Shown piece by piece: positions 8,023-16,987 of a stretch of 40,088 nucleotides of DNA. Source of the stretch: Pseudomonadales bacterium (lineage in GTDB: Bacteria; Pseudomonadota; Gammaproteobacteria; Pseudomonadales; UBA7239). The position numbers were made by a program, and so were the translations under genes. The notes under the pieces are model-generated. The model was not told the DNA's origin. It ran no database searches and saw nothing but the letters and a program-made list of their open reading frames with translations. Position 1 is the stretch's first letter; the number at the start of each line of letters is the position of its first letter. The stretch covers positions 1 through 40,088 of the forward strand of contig JAGRJA010000250.1 of assembly GCA_020443005.1 (NCBI GenBank), in the 5' to 3' direction.

Positions 8023-8994
8023 TCAGTCTTTTTGTTTGATCTGCTGAGCCGACTCGGTAATGGTCTCCGGGTCAAGGCCTTTATGACCCCACACATCACC
8101 TTCGCAGAATTCACTCGGCAACCAGCTTTCGTCTACCAACAAACCTTCACAACCAATTTCAACCTCAAAACCAAAAGGGCTGCTCATGTAGAAAGACAGC
8201 ATGTTGTCGTTGGTATGACGACCAAGTGTTGATGTTACTTTGATACCAGCAGCTTCGACACGCTCCAGACATTGAGCCACCTGATCAATATTCTTCATTT
8301 CAAGCATCATGTGATGGATGCCGTTAACGGGGCCTACATGCGTCAAACCCAATGTATGGTGACGCGGGTTGCAATGATAGAAATTCGCCGATAAATCCGG
8401 CCCAAACTTGATGTAATCACTCAGCTTGAAACCCAGAACCCAAGTATAAAAGTCTTCGCACGCCTTCAGATCCTTGACGAAAAGATTGACATGCCCCAAA
8501 CCCAGTGAACCCGTCTGGAACTCCACATTGTAAGGCGATACAAACTTGTAGTCCTTGGTGGGTCCGTAGAAAAATTCGAGTGGATTTCCTGCCGGGTCTT
8601 CCGAAATGGCGATACCGGTCACAGACCTGTTCCGGGCTTCTTCGGCCGTTCCCATTCTTGCAGGAACGCCACCCTCTTTCAGCTCTTTAACAGCTTCTTC
8701 AAGATCCTGATAGCAAGCCATTTCAAAACCCATGTACATGATTCCGGCATTATCCTCACTGGGATGAATGCCTATCCGCCACTGGCGCTCATCCAGCTTC
8801 AGATATACCGAGCCATCCGGTGCCACTCCGGAACCAGCACTGGCAGGGCCAGAGGTCGGGTCCATGGGCATACCCCAATCTTCACCGGGATAAGCGCGTG
8901 CCGGCATGGCGCCGATGATATTGACACCATAATCCAGCCATTGTTTAGGGTCTGGCGCACCAAACCCGATGTAACCGAGAGATCTTACTTTCAT
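8023..8994 (-). CDS. Type I extradiol (meta-cleavage) ring-cleavage dioxygenase, BphC/HsaC-like
   Basis: Two-domain VOC pattern: MKVRSLGYIGF start, GLGHVNLF, CNPRHHTL, HHMMLE and LGRHTNDNMLSFY. Start set at ATG 8994 with GAAGGAAG SD, 22 nt after the P450 stop. The ORF track extends to 9042. Confidence 0.85.
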   Translation of the reverse strand: MKVRSLGYIGFGAPDPKQWLDYGVNIIGAMPARAYPGEDWGMPMDPTSGPASAGSGVAPDGSVYLKLDERQWRIGIHPSEDNAGIMYMGFEMACYQDLEEAVKELKEGGVPARMGTAEEARNRSVTGIAISEDPAGNPLEFFYGPTKDYKFVSPYNVEFQTGSLGLGHVNLFVKDLKACEDFYTWVLGFKLSDYIKFGPDLSANFYHCNPRHHTLGLTHVGPVNGIHHMMLEMKNIDQVAQCLERVEAAGIKVTSTLGRHTNDNMLSFYMSSPFGFEVEIGCEGLLVDESWLPSEFCEGDVWGHKGLDPETITESAQQIKQKD

Positions 8995-9016
8995 AACACG
9001 CTTCCTTCTGTTCTGC

Positions 9017-10222
9017 TTAGTCTTTGAGGCTTGTTGGCGCAAAGGTAATGGTTACCTTCCCCCAACCGGACAAATGTTCACCGTAAAGCGGCTCACACTC
9101 CTCCTCTACCAGCTCATAATCACCGATGGCCTTGAGCAATTCTTCAAGAATAATGACACCCATCATCACGCCCACATGCATACCCAGGCACTTGTGACCA
9201 CCGTGACCAAACATCAAGGTGCGCTTTGTGGGCTGGCGATACATATCAAACTTGTCGGCATTCTCGTATTCGTTTTCATCGCGTTCAGCCGATGCATAAA
9301 TATAAAGCAGTGGTTGCCCAGCCTTGATTTGCGCGCCGTTCACTTCAAAGTCAGCAATGGCTTTCCGGCATAACATATTGGTGGGCTGGTTATAGCGGGC
9401 TGTTTCCAGAAAGGCTTTTTTGACAAGAGACAGATCTTTTAGCACTGCCGCCTTCTGCTCAGGATTTTTTGCAAGGTTATAAAGTGTTCCCCCGACAGTA
9501 ATTGGCGTGGTTTCCGAACCAACAACCAACAGTGAGAAGAGGTAGAAAACGAGTTCTTCATCATCCAGTTTCTTGCCATCAATTTCAGCGTGCAAATAAG
9601 CGGCAGCATGACGAACCGCTTCTTCAGGGTGTGCACGCAATTCGGCAACCTTTGCACCGAGATAGCCAAACAGTTCACCTGCCGCTTTCTGGTTTCGCTC
9701 GGAACCGCCACCAACCTGGCCTTCATCACGCCATAACATATCGTCGATCAGTGCTCGCCATTTTTCTGCGTCTTCCTGTGGTAAACCCAGGTTATAACCA
9801 CCGTTGATGGTTGTGACACGGTTAGCCAATTCAGAGTAAACATCCATCTTGCCTTTGGCGAGCAAGGGTTTCAGAAATTCCCTGACCAGCGCACGAATGC
9901 GTGGCGCCTCTTTCGCTGCACCGTCAGGCGTATAGGCCTCGCGAATCAGACCCCGCCACTTACGATGTTCAGGTGCATCCATGGTCATAAATGTTTTCGG
10001 AATCAGTTCACCCAAAATAACCTGACCCGGTGTCTGGCCGGCAGTGAAAGTGATATTCCCCTCCTGCTTGAGACTGGCAGCCCACACATCCTCGAAACGA
10101 CAAAACGCCCAGGCATTGTATTTCTCGATAAAATGGGGTTTTCCTTCTGCACGCATAGCCTTGTACAGTGGATAAGGGTCTTTCATTGCCTCATGGGAAA
10201 AAGGATCGTAATCAACAGTCAT
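9017..10222 (-). CDS. Cytochrome P450 (401 aa, bacterial class I type)
   Basis: I-helix GSETT, ExxR (ETAR) and heme loop FGHGGHKCLG. AGGAGA SD before ATG 10222. Confidence 0.9.
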   Translation of the reverse strand: MTVDYDPFSHEAMKDPYPLYKAMRAEGKPHFIEKYNAWAFCRFEDVWAASLKQEGNITFTAGQTPGQVILGELIPKTFMTMDAPEHRKWRGLIREAYTPDGAAKEAPRIRALVREFLKPLLAKGKMDVYSELANRVTTINGGYNLGLPQEDAEKWRALIDDMLWRDEGQVGGGSERNQKAAGELFGYLGAKVAELRAHPEEAVRHAAAYLHAEIDGKKLDDEELVFYLFSLLVVGSETTPITVGGTLYNLAKNPEQKAAVLKDLSLVKKAFLETARYNQPTNMLCRKAIADFEVNGAQIKAGQPLLYIYASAERDENEYENADKFDMYRQPTKRTLMFGHGGHKCLGMHVGVMMGVIILEELLKAIGDYELVEEECEPLYGEHLSGWGKVTITFAPTSLKD

Positions 10223-10341
10223 TGCCGTCTCCTGAAAAATAATTGCGAACTATTCCGGCTGGCCGAGGTTCTCCTCGAATGGGAAAATGTGCCACCCAAT
10301 AAATAGGGTACTCATAGTACCGATATAACATCTACCAATTT

Positions 10342-10355
10342 TTGACATTAGTCAA
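10342..10355 (-). promoter_or_regulatory. FNR/CRP-family box TTGACATTAGTCAA
   Basis: Perfectly symmetric half-sites TTGAC/GTCAA with a 4-nt spacer. Centre is about 126 nt upstream of the P450 ATG 10222. Confidence 0.5.
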
Positions 10356-10421
10356 CAAACAATGTTCTGCTTTTTGCAGCAAGACCATTGAAAGCGACAC
10401 GCGCAACCATTGGCTTTTCAC

Positions 10422-10760
10422 TCAATACCCCTGAGTGAGCTGAACCCAGGCTCTTTTTGCCTGTATGTACACAAATGCCACACCTTGAGAACTCACGAAA
10501 CGGGCATCACCGTCTTCCGGCGGGTCATAATCCTCTAACCCTTCAAGTGCAAGGGTGTTTTCAAGTACAGGTTTCCAGCAAAGGTTTCTCGGATCGCTCT
10601 CAAGGCCTAATTCACCACCAGACCAAACCAGACCATCTCTTTCGACCGGAGATGCAACATCAAAAGCGGCATCAATAAAGACAGCTGAAGTCCCCGCCAT
10701 TTTCTTGTAGAATCTGTCCGCTTTGCGATTTAACTGTTCGGCAAGACTTTTACCCTGCAT
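10422..10760 (-). CDS. Hypothetical protein (112 aa, acidic)
   Basis: Uninterrupted ORF with no motif I recognise. Sits downstream of the palindromic FNR-type box at 10830-10845. Confidence 0.45.
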   Translation of the reverse strand: MQGKSLAEQLNRKADRFYKKMAGTSAVFIDAAFDVASPVERDGLVWSGGELGLESDPRNLCWKPVLENTLALEGLEDYDPPEDGDARFVSSQGVAFVYIQAKRAWVQLTQGY

Positions 10761-10829
10761 AAAACCACCTTTTTTAAAGGGCTTTAGAGCTGAAAAACAA
10801 ACACTCTAGTGCATCCACAACCAAGCTAA

Positions 10830-10845
10830 GTTGACACAAGTCAAC
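10830..10845. promoter_or_regulatory. Perfect 16-bp palindromic FNR-type box GTTGAC-ACAA-GTCAAC shared by divergent genes
   Basis: The core TTGACACAAGTCAA fits TTGA-N6-TCAA. Centre is about 78 nt from ATG 10760 (-) and about 88 nt from ATG 10926 (+). Confidence 0.55.
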
Positions 10846-10925
10846 ATTGTTTCAGGGGTGCACTGATAGAATTGCGCGCAATCAATGAGTATTCTCTTGA
10901 AGCGTTTTACCAAAAGGAAATTCAC

Positions 10926-11525
10926 ATGCTCAGCAACCCTCTCGGCTTCCTGTTTTTTCCACATAAACAATGGGAAATCGTATCAGATGCTGCTACTGAC
11001 AAATTCAATGCAGCACTCCCCTACCCCATCATTTTCGCGCTCGTTCCGGCGCTTGCATGGTATTACGGAACGACACAGATCGGCTGGACTGTTGCCGATG
11101 GCAATGTGGTCAGGCTGACAACAGACAGCGCATTGAAAATTGTTATTGCTTTTTATCTGGCAATGATTTTTGCCATCATCGCTATCGGTTACAGCATTCA
11201 CTGGATGTCAGAAACCTATGGCACTGCGAGCTCCATAGCCAAAGGTATTACCATTTCCGGCTACACGGCCACACCCATGTTTATCGCTGGCATTCTGGGG
11301 GTTTACCCCTTGCTGTGGCTGGATATGATACTTGGCACCATTGCCGTATGCTGGGCCGTATACCTGCTGTTTATCGGTGTTCCCATCGTACTGAAAATCC
11401 CTGAAGAGCGTGGCTTCCTCTATTCGAGCGCTATTATTTCTGTGTGTCTTGTAGTGCTTATTGTACTGATGGGATTCACCGTAATTCTTTGGGATAACGG
11501 CTTCATGCCTGTTTTTATTGATTAA
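10926..11525 (+). CDS. Yip1-domain inner membrane protein (YohC-like)
   Basis: N-terminus MLSNPLGFLFFPHKQWEIVSD...YYGTTQIGW resembles E. coli YohC. Multiple TM helices. ATG 10926 has an AAAGGAAA SD; the ORF-track start 10872 is TTG. Confidence 0.7.
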   Translation: MLSNPLGFLFFPHKQWEIVSDAATDKFNAALPYPIIFALVPALAWYYGTTQIGWTVADGNVVRLTTDSALKIVIAFYLAMIFAIIAIGYSIHWMSETYGTASSIAKGITISGYTATPMFIAGILGVYPLLWLDMILGTIAVCWAVYLLFIGVPIVLKIPEERGFLYSSAIISVCLVVLIVLMGFTVILWDNGFMPVFID

Positions 11526-11562
11526 TCAGCACCTGTAATTTCGCAGTTCATTTTTCAGACGA

Positions 11563-11576
11563 ATGATGGATGTCAT
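11563..11576 (+). promoter_or_regulatory. Degenerate FNR-type box ATGATGGATGTCAT upstream of ccoN
   Basis: The core TGAT-N4-GTCA matches 8/10 of the local consensus. Centre is about 60 nt upstream of the ccoN ATG. cbb3 operons are commonly FNR/ANR-activated. Confidence 0.3.
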
Positions 11577-11629
11577 CACTTTGAAATGAACAAAACAATG
11601 ACTCATCTAACCGAAGGGCCTGGAGTAGT

Positions 11630-13033
11630 ATGAATTCGTCCCCGGAACAATCCGTTTATAACTATAAGGTAGTACGCCAATTCACAGTGATGACTGTGGT
11701 ATGGGGTATTGTGGGTATGCTGGTTGGCGTGCTTATAGCTGCCCAGCTTGTCTGGCCATGGCTGAACTTTGACTTGCCCTGGCTGCACTTTGGAAGGCTG
11801 CGCCCACTCCATACCAATGCCGTTATCTTTGCTTTTGGCGGTTGTGCACTCTTTGCCTGTTCATTGTATGTAGTGCAACGAACCTGCCAGGCACGCCTCC
11901 TCTCTGATGGCTTGGCCAGCATTGTATTTTGGGGCTGGCAGCTGATCATTCTGCTCGCCGCTCTGAGCTTGCCACTCGGCTTCACCAGTGGCAAGGAGTA
12001 TGCCGAACTTGAATGGCCAATCGACATTCTGATCGCTATTGTATGGGTGTGTTATGCCATTTTGTTTTTTGGCACGATCATGAAGCGCAAAACAGCCCAT
12101 ATCTATGTTGCCAACTGGTTTTTTGGCGCCTTTATTATCACCGTAGCTGTGCTACACATCGTGAACAGTCTTGCCATCCCTGTCACTGCCACCAAATCCT
12201 ATTCTGCGTATGCCGGTGCCATCGATGCCATGGTTCAGTGGTGGTACGGACACAACGCAGTCGGCTTTTTCCTGACCGCCGGGTTTCTTGGCATCATGTA
12301 TTATTTTGTACCCAAACAAGCCGAGCGGCCTGTTTACTCCTACCGTTTATCCATTGTTCACTTCTGGGCGCTGATCGCTGTTTATATGTGGGCAGGCCCT
12401 CACCATCTGCACTACACGGCGCTCCCCGATTGGGCTCAAAGCCTGGGCATGGTTATGTCACTGATTCTGCTCGCTCCTTCCTGGGGCGGCATGATCAACG
12501 GTATCATGACGCTATCGGGTGCGTGGCATAAACTGCGCACGGATCCCATCCTGCGTTTTCTGATTGTTTCACTGTCCTTCTACGGTATGTCGACTTTCGA
12601 AGGTCCGATGATGTCGATCAAAACAGTCAACGCCCTCTCTCACTACACAGACTGGACGATCGGACATGTGCACTCGGGTGCGCTTGGCTGGGTTGCCATG
12701 GTATCTATCGGCGCTATCTATCACCTTGTGCCGGTCATGTTCGACCGCAAACAGATGTACAGCGTAGAACTGATTAATGTGCATTTCTGGATGTCGACAA
12801 TCGGCACCGTGCTTTACATTACCTCCATGTGGGTCAACGGTATTATCCAGGGTTTGATGTGGCGAGCCTACAATCTCGACGGCACCCTGACTTACAGTTT
12901 TGTTGAATCGGTTCAGGCCAGTTATCCAGGCTATGTCGTCAGGCTGTTGGGTGGCGGTATCTTCTTTTTGGGCATGCTTGTTATGGCCTACAACGTCTGG
13001 AAGACTGCCCGGTCTTCAGAAACTTCACGGTAA
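11630..13033 (+). CDS. ccoN: cbb3-type cytochrome c oxidase subunit I
   Basis: 467 aa, polytopic, with heme-copper His motifs ([29 protein letters not shown]). GGAG SD. Confidence 0.95.
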   Translation: MNSSPEQSVYNYKVVRQFTVMTVVWGIVGMLVGVLIAAQLVWPWLNFDLPWLHFGRLRPLHTNAVIFAFGGCALFACSLYVVQRTCQARLLSDGLASIVFWGWQLIILLAALSLPLGFTSGKEYAELEWPIDILIAIVWVCYAILFFGTIMKRKTAHIYVANWFFGAFIITVAVLHIVNSLAIPVTATKSYSAYAGAIDAMVQWWYGHNAVGFFLTAGFLGIMYYFVPKQAERPVYSYRLSIVHFWALIAVYMWAGPHHLHYTALPDWAQSLGMVMSLILLAPSWGGMINGIMTLSGAWHKLRTDPILRFLIVSLSFYGMSTFEGPMMSIKTVNALSHYTDWTIGHVHSGALGWVAMVSIGAIYHLVPVMFDRKQMYSVELINVHFWMSTIGTVLYITSMWVNGIIQGLMWRAYNLDGTLTYSFVESVQASYPGYVVRLLGGGIFFLGMLVMAYNVWKTARSSETSR

Positions 13034-13047
13034 GCGGGGAATCTGAC

Positions 13048-13656
13048 ATGAAGCATGAAGTCATTGAAAAGAATATCGGACTGATGATCATCCTCATCGT
13101 GGTAGCTATCAGCTTTGGAGGGCTTGTCGAAATCACACCTCTGTTTTTCAGCAAGCAGACAACAGAACCGGTCGCCGGCTTGACACCTTTGAAAGCACTT
13201 GAGCTTGAAGGACGCGACATTTATATCCGCGAAGGTTGCAATGTGTGCCATTCCCAAATGATTCGCCCGTTTCGCTCTGAAACCGAGCGTTATGGTCACT
13301 ACTCAGTGGCAGGAGAGTTTGTCTACGATCACCCTTTCCTTTGGGGTTCCAAGCGTACAGGCCCGGATCTGGCTCGGGTAGGCAAACGCTACAGTGATGA
13401 GTGGCATCGAGTTCATCTCAATAACCCGAGAGATGTAGTACCTGAATCGAATATGCCCGCTTTCCCCTGGTTAAACAAAAACATGATCGATGGCACCCTT
13501 ACCGGCAAGAAAATGGAAGCTCTGCGTATGGTTGGTGTCCCTTATACCGATAATGATATTGCCGGCGCAGAAGCCGCTGTCAAGGATCATACCGAAATGG
13601 ATGCTGTTGTTGCCTATCTGCAACAGCTTGGCATTCTTATTCAGTACAAGCGGTAA
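13048..13656 (+). CDS. ccoO: cbb3-type cytochrome c oxidase subunit II (monoheme)
   Basis: N-terminal TM helix and CNVCHS heme-c site. 202 aa, immediately after ccoN. Confidence 0.95.
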   Translation: MKHEVIEKNIGLMIILIVVAISFGGLVEITPLFFSKQTTEPVAGLTPLKALELEGRDIYIREGCNVCHSQMIRPFRSETERYGHYSVAGEFVYDHPFLWGSKRTGPDLARVGKRYSDEWHRVHLNNPRDVVPESNMPAFPWLNKNMIDGTLTGKKMEALRMVGVPYTDNDIAGAEAAVKDHTEMDAVVAYLQQLGILIQYKR

Positions 13657-13662
13657 ATCATT

Positions 13663-13869
13663 ATGGAATTCGATATCAACACGCTACGCGGCTTGAGCAC
13701 ACTCTTTACCATGATTGCCTTTCTTGGTGTCTGCGTATGGGCTTATAGCAGAGAAAAACAACAGGATTTCCAGGAAGCCGCAAATCTGCCTTTTGCCGAT
13801 GACCCCGGCTCGCTGGATAAGCATTTAAACAGTTCCCTCAAACCCAAAGTGGAGGATGACCATGAGTAG
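13663..13869 (+). CDS. ccoQ: cbb3-type cytochrome c oxidase subunit IV
   Basis: 68 aa with a single TM helix (LSTLFTMIAFLGVCVWAY), positioned between ccoO and ccoP. Confidence 0.85.
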   Translation: MEFDINTLRGLSTLFTMIAFLGVCVWAYSREKQQDFQEAANLPFADDPGSLDKHLNSSLKPKVEDDHE

Positions 13870-14740
13870 TTTCTGGAGTGGGTGGATCATTCTGCTAACC
13901 ACAATCACCTTTATCGGTGTAACGCTGCTTTTATTTGGCAACCGCAAGATTGATGCCGGCAAGGGGCCTGAAGCCAAGACAGGTCATGTTTACGATGGTA
14001 TTGAGGAATACGACAACCCTCTGCCCGCCTGGTGGATGAATCTTTTTGCTCTCTCTATCGTGTTCGGGGTCGGCTATCTGATCGCCTATCCTGGCATGGG
14101 TAACTTCAAGGGGGTGTTGAACTGGACACAGGTTGCCGAATATGAAAATGCCAAACAGGTTGCTGAAGAACAATACGGTGCTGTATTTGCAAAATATGCC
14201 GCCATGCCGGTTGAAGAAGTTGCCAAAGATAGTCAGGCACTGAAAATGGGGCAACGACTTTTTTCTACAAACTGCTCAACCTGTCACGGTGCCGATGCGG
14301 GAGGCAATCTGGGGTATCCGAATCTTCGTGATAACGACTGGCTCTATGGCGGTTCTGGTGATCAGATCAAGGCTTCCATCACTAACGGACGACAAGGTGC
14401 GATGCCTGCCTGGGGAACAATGGGCGAAGAGAAGATAAAGCAACTCACCAGTTATGTCATGAGCCTTTCCAACCCTTCTTCGGCACTTTCCGGAGAAGCG
14501 CAACAAGGCAAAGCGGCTTTTGCCATGTGCATGGGCTGCCACGGTATGGATGGCAAAGGCAATACTGCACTGGGTGCGCCTGATTTGACAGATAACATCT
14601 GGCTTTATGGCGGCTCAAAAGAAGCTATTTCTGAGTCCATAGCGAATGGGCGTAAAGGACAGATGCCAGCGCATGCCGAATTGCTTGGCGAAGAAAAAAT
14701 ACACTTGTTGGCCGCCTATGTTTTCAGTTTGTCTAACTAA
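13856..14740 (+). CDS. ccoP: cbb3-type cytochrome c oxidase subunit III (diheme)
   Basis: Two CxxCH sites (CSTCHG, CMGCHG) and an N-terminal TM helix. Overlaps the ccoQ end. The second ATG at 13862 is better spaced from the GGAGGA SD. Confidence 0.93.
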   Translation: MTMSSFWSGWIILLTTITFIGVTLLLFGNRKIDAGKGPEAKTGHVYDGIEEYDNPLPAWWMNLFALSIVFGVGYLIAYPGMGNFKGVLNWTQVAEYENAKQVAEEQYGAVFAKYAAMPVEEVAKDSQALKMGQRLFSTNCSTCHGADAGGNLGYPNLRDNDWLYGGSGDQIKASITNGRQGAMPAWGTMGEEKIKQLTSYVMSLSNPSSALSGEAQQGKAAFAMCMGCHGMDGKGNTALGAPDLTDNIWLYGGSKEAISESIANGRKGQMPAHAELLGEEKIHLLAAYVFSLSN

Positions 14741-14820
14741 AGCGGTATTCTTTTTACAAGTGTCTGGATAAACCAGCCTTTCACCAGGGAAGCCCCTCTA
14801 ACGGCAGGGTCGTTTGTTGT

Positions 14821-14866
14821 CCAATATGCCGACAGGCATATTGGACTGTGTTCTTTTCATTTTTTG
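14821..14866 (+). terminator. Perfect 10-bp-stem hairpin plus T-rich tail between ccoP and ccoG
   Basis: CCAATATGCC-gaca-GGCATATTGG (14821-14844) followed by ttcttttcatttttt. Lies 80 nt after the ccoP stop and 45 nt before the ccoG ATG. Confidence 0.6.
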
Positions 14867-14888
14867 CATTGTTTTAGCGTGGTTGCAA

Positions 14889-16310
14889 ATGGAAGAAAAA
14901 ATTCCCGTTCATGAAATTGAGGATCTTGCGCCCAGCGAAGTATCCGAGCTCGATCTTTACCAGAAGCGCGAGAAGATTTATACCAGAAAAATTGAGGGCA
15001 CCTTCCAGAAACTGCGTTTATTTACAGGGTGGCCCCTGCTCTGCGGATATTTCTTCATGCCCTGGGTCCAATGGAATGGAAGACAGGCCGTATTGTTTGA
15101 TCTTCCAGCCAGAAAATTTCATGTTTTTTCCATCACCTTTTGGCCCCAGGATTTCTCCATGCTCGCGTGGGTTCTGGCCATTGCGGCTTTTGCACTGTTT
15201 CTTTTCACAACCCTGTTCGGGCGGGTCTGGTGTGGCTACAGTTGCCCGCAAACCGTCTGGACAAGCATTTTTATGTGGATCGAACAAAAAACGGAAGGTA
15301 GCCGCAACCAGCGCATAAAGCTTGACCAGTCTCCATGGCGCTTACAAAAATTTGTCAAAAAGTTAATGAAACATGGCCTCTGGATGGGCTTCGCCCTTTT
15401 CACCGGGTTCACCTTCGTTGGCTATTTTTCACCCGTCAACGACCTTATCTACGATCTGGCAACATTTTCTGCCCCGCTAGCGGCCGTCAGCTGGGTTATT
15501 TTCTTCACACTTGCAACCTATATCAATGCCGGCTGGATGCGCGAACAGGTATGTATGTACATGTGTCCCTATGCCCGTTTCCAGTCAGCCATGTTTGACT
15601 CCAACACACTCATTGTCTCCTATGATGCAAAACGGGGAGAACAAAGGGGTTCCCGCAAACGCGGTGAAATTGACAGGAGTGATCACCTGGGCGATTGCAT
15701 TGACTGCGAACTTTGCAAGCAGGTTTGCCCCACCGGAATCGATATCAGGGACGGCCTGCAGTACCAGTGCATCGGTTGTGCACTTTGTGTCGATGCATGT
15801 AACTCTGTTATGGAGAAAATGGGTTATGCAAAGAACCTGATCAGCTATACGACTGAAAACAAACTGGCGGGAAAGCCCGGCAAAATCCTCCGCTTCAAGG
15901 TCGTCGGTTACACAATCGCCTTGATCGTGATGTGCAGCCTTCTCGGCTTTCGTTTCTTTACCCGAACCCCTCTGCAAATCGACATTATCAGGGACAGGGG
16001 ACAACTCTATTTCCAGACCAGTGACGGGCGTATTGAAAACAGCTACACACTAAAAATCATCAATATGGACCAACAGAAGCATGATTACACGCTGTCAGCC
16101 TCCGGCTTGGAAGGCCTGGAAATCCGCGGCAAAACCAGCATTTCCGTCAATTCCGGTGAAGTGCTGGTTGTTCCGGTGCGACTCAGTGTAAAAACCACAA
16201 GTCTGGGCAGCGCCAACAGTGACATCATCATTACCGTTCAGGGTGAAAACAGCGACAAACTGAAAACCTCGCATACAACACGCTTTCTTGGGCCAGCTCC
16301 ATCCCTTTAG
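14889..16310 (+). CDS. ccoG: cbb3 oxidase assembly ferredoxin-like membrane protein
   Basis: LYQKREKIYTRKIEGTFQKLR N-terminus, CGYSCPQ, and two 4Fe-4S motifs (CIDCELCKQVCP, CIGCALCVDAC). Start moved to ATG 14889 because the ORF-track extension covers the terminator hairpin. Confidence 0.9.
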   Translation: MEEKIPVHEIEDLAPSEVSELDLYQKREKIYTRKIEGTFQKLRLFTGWPLLCGYFFMPWVQWNGRQAVLFDLPARKFHVFSITFWPQDFSMLAWVLAIAAFALFLFTTLFGRVWCGYSCPQTVWTSIFMWIEQKTEGSRNQRIKLDQSPWRLQKFVKKLMKHGLWMGFALFTGFTFVGYFSPVNDLIYDLATFSAPLAAVSWVIFFTLATYINAGWMREQVCMYMCPYARFQSAMFDSNTLIVSYDAKRGEQRGSRKRGEIDRSDHLGDCIDCELCKQVCPTGIDIRDGLQYQCIGCALCVDACNSVMEKMGYAKNLISYTTENKLAGKPGKILRFKVVGYTIALIVMCSLLGFRFFTRTPLQIDIIRDRGQLYFQTSDGRIENSYTLKIINMDQQKHDYTLSASGLEGLEIRGKTSISVNSGEVLVVPVRLSVKTTSLGSANSDIIITVQGENSDKLKTSHTTRFLGPAPSL

Positions 16311-16413
16311 TATCAGCACCTGGAGCTAGCATCACCTGCTGGAGCGGGAGTCAGGCTATCTCCGCCCCGCGTTGCCAAATTTGTTAGACTACGCCAACTA
16401 AAGGGAGCTACCC

Positions 16414-16983
16414 ATGTCGCTATCGTCTCTTCATGAAAAAAACGAGCCAGAACCCTGGTACAAGCAGTTTTGGCCCTGGTTCCTGATTGCTCTGCCCGGC
16501 TCTGTGGTCATTGCCGCTATTGCCACCTTGTACATCGCAATACAAAACCCCCAGCCACTTGTGAAAGAAGAGTATTACAAGGATGGTCTGGCGATTAACC
16601 GGGATATGGAAAAAGAACTGGCCGCCGCCCGGGCGGGTTTGCAGGCACACCTCAGTTTCAGCGAGGACAAAAGAATCATCAACATTGCTCTCAGCCGATT
16701 GAAGGAAAACATGCCATTGCCCGAACAAATCTATCTGGCATTCATTCATCCCGCCGATGACACACTCGACATCAACCTGCTACTCAATCTCGATCAAGAC
16801 AGCTTGAACCGAGGAACCCTATACAGTGGAATAATCGATAATGGTATTGCCACTCAAATCGGCGCCCAGCGCTGGTATATACAAATTGAACCTTCTACAA
16901 ATGACAAAAACGGTTTATGGCTCCTGAAAGGAGAAATTCCATCAGGCACCACATCTGCTGTGATTGGCGAAACACTTGAGTAA
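16414..16983 (+). CDS. ccoH: FixH/CcoH cbb3 oxidase assembly protein
   Basis: 189 aa with N-terminal TM helix (WFLIALPGSVVIAAIATLYIAI). Position between ccoG and ccoI. AAGGGAG SD. Confidence 0.85.
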   Translation: MSLSSLHEKNEPEPWYKQFWPWFLIALPGSVVIAAIATLYIAIQNPQPLVKEEYYKDGLAINRDMEKELAAARAGLQAHLSFSEDKRIINIALSRLKENMPLPEQIYLAFIHPADDTLDINLLLNLDQDSLNRGTLYSGIIDNGIATQIGAQRWYIQIEPSTNDKNGLWLLKGEIPSGTTSAVIGETLE

Positions 16984-16987
16984 AGTC

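Noticed and set aside
12013-12531. 172-aa + strand ORF in another frame
   Set aside because: It is an alternative frame inside ccoN, with a Cys/His/Arg-rich composition typical of an out-of-frame read.
14814-14888. N-terminal 25-codon extension of ccoG in the ORF track
   Set aside because: It covers a perfect terminator-like hairpin. The conserved CcoG N-terminus starts at ATG 14889.
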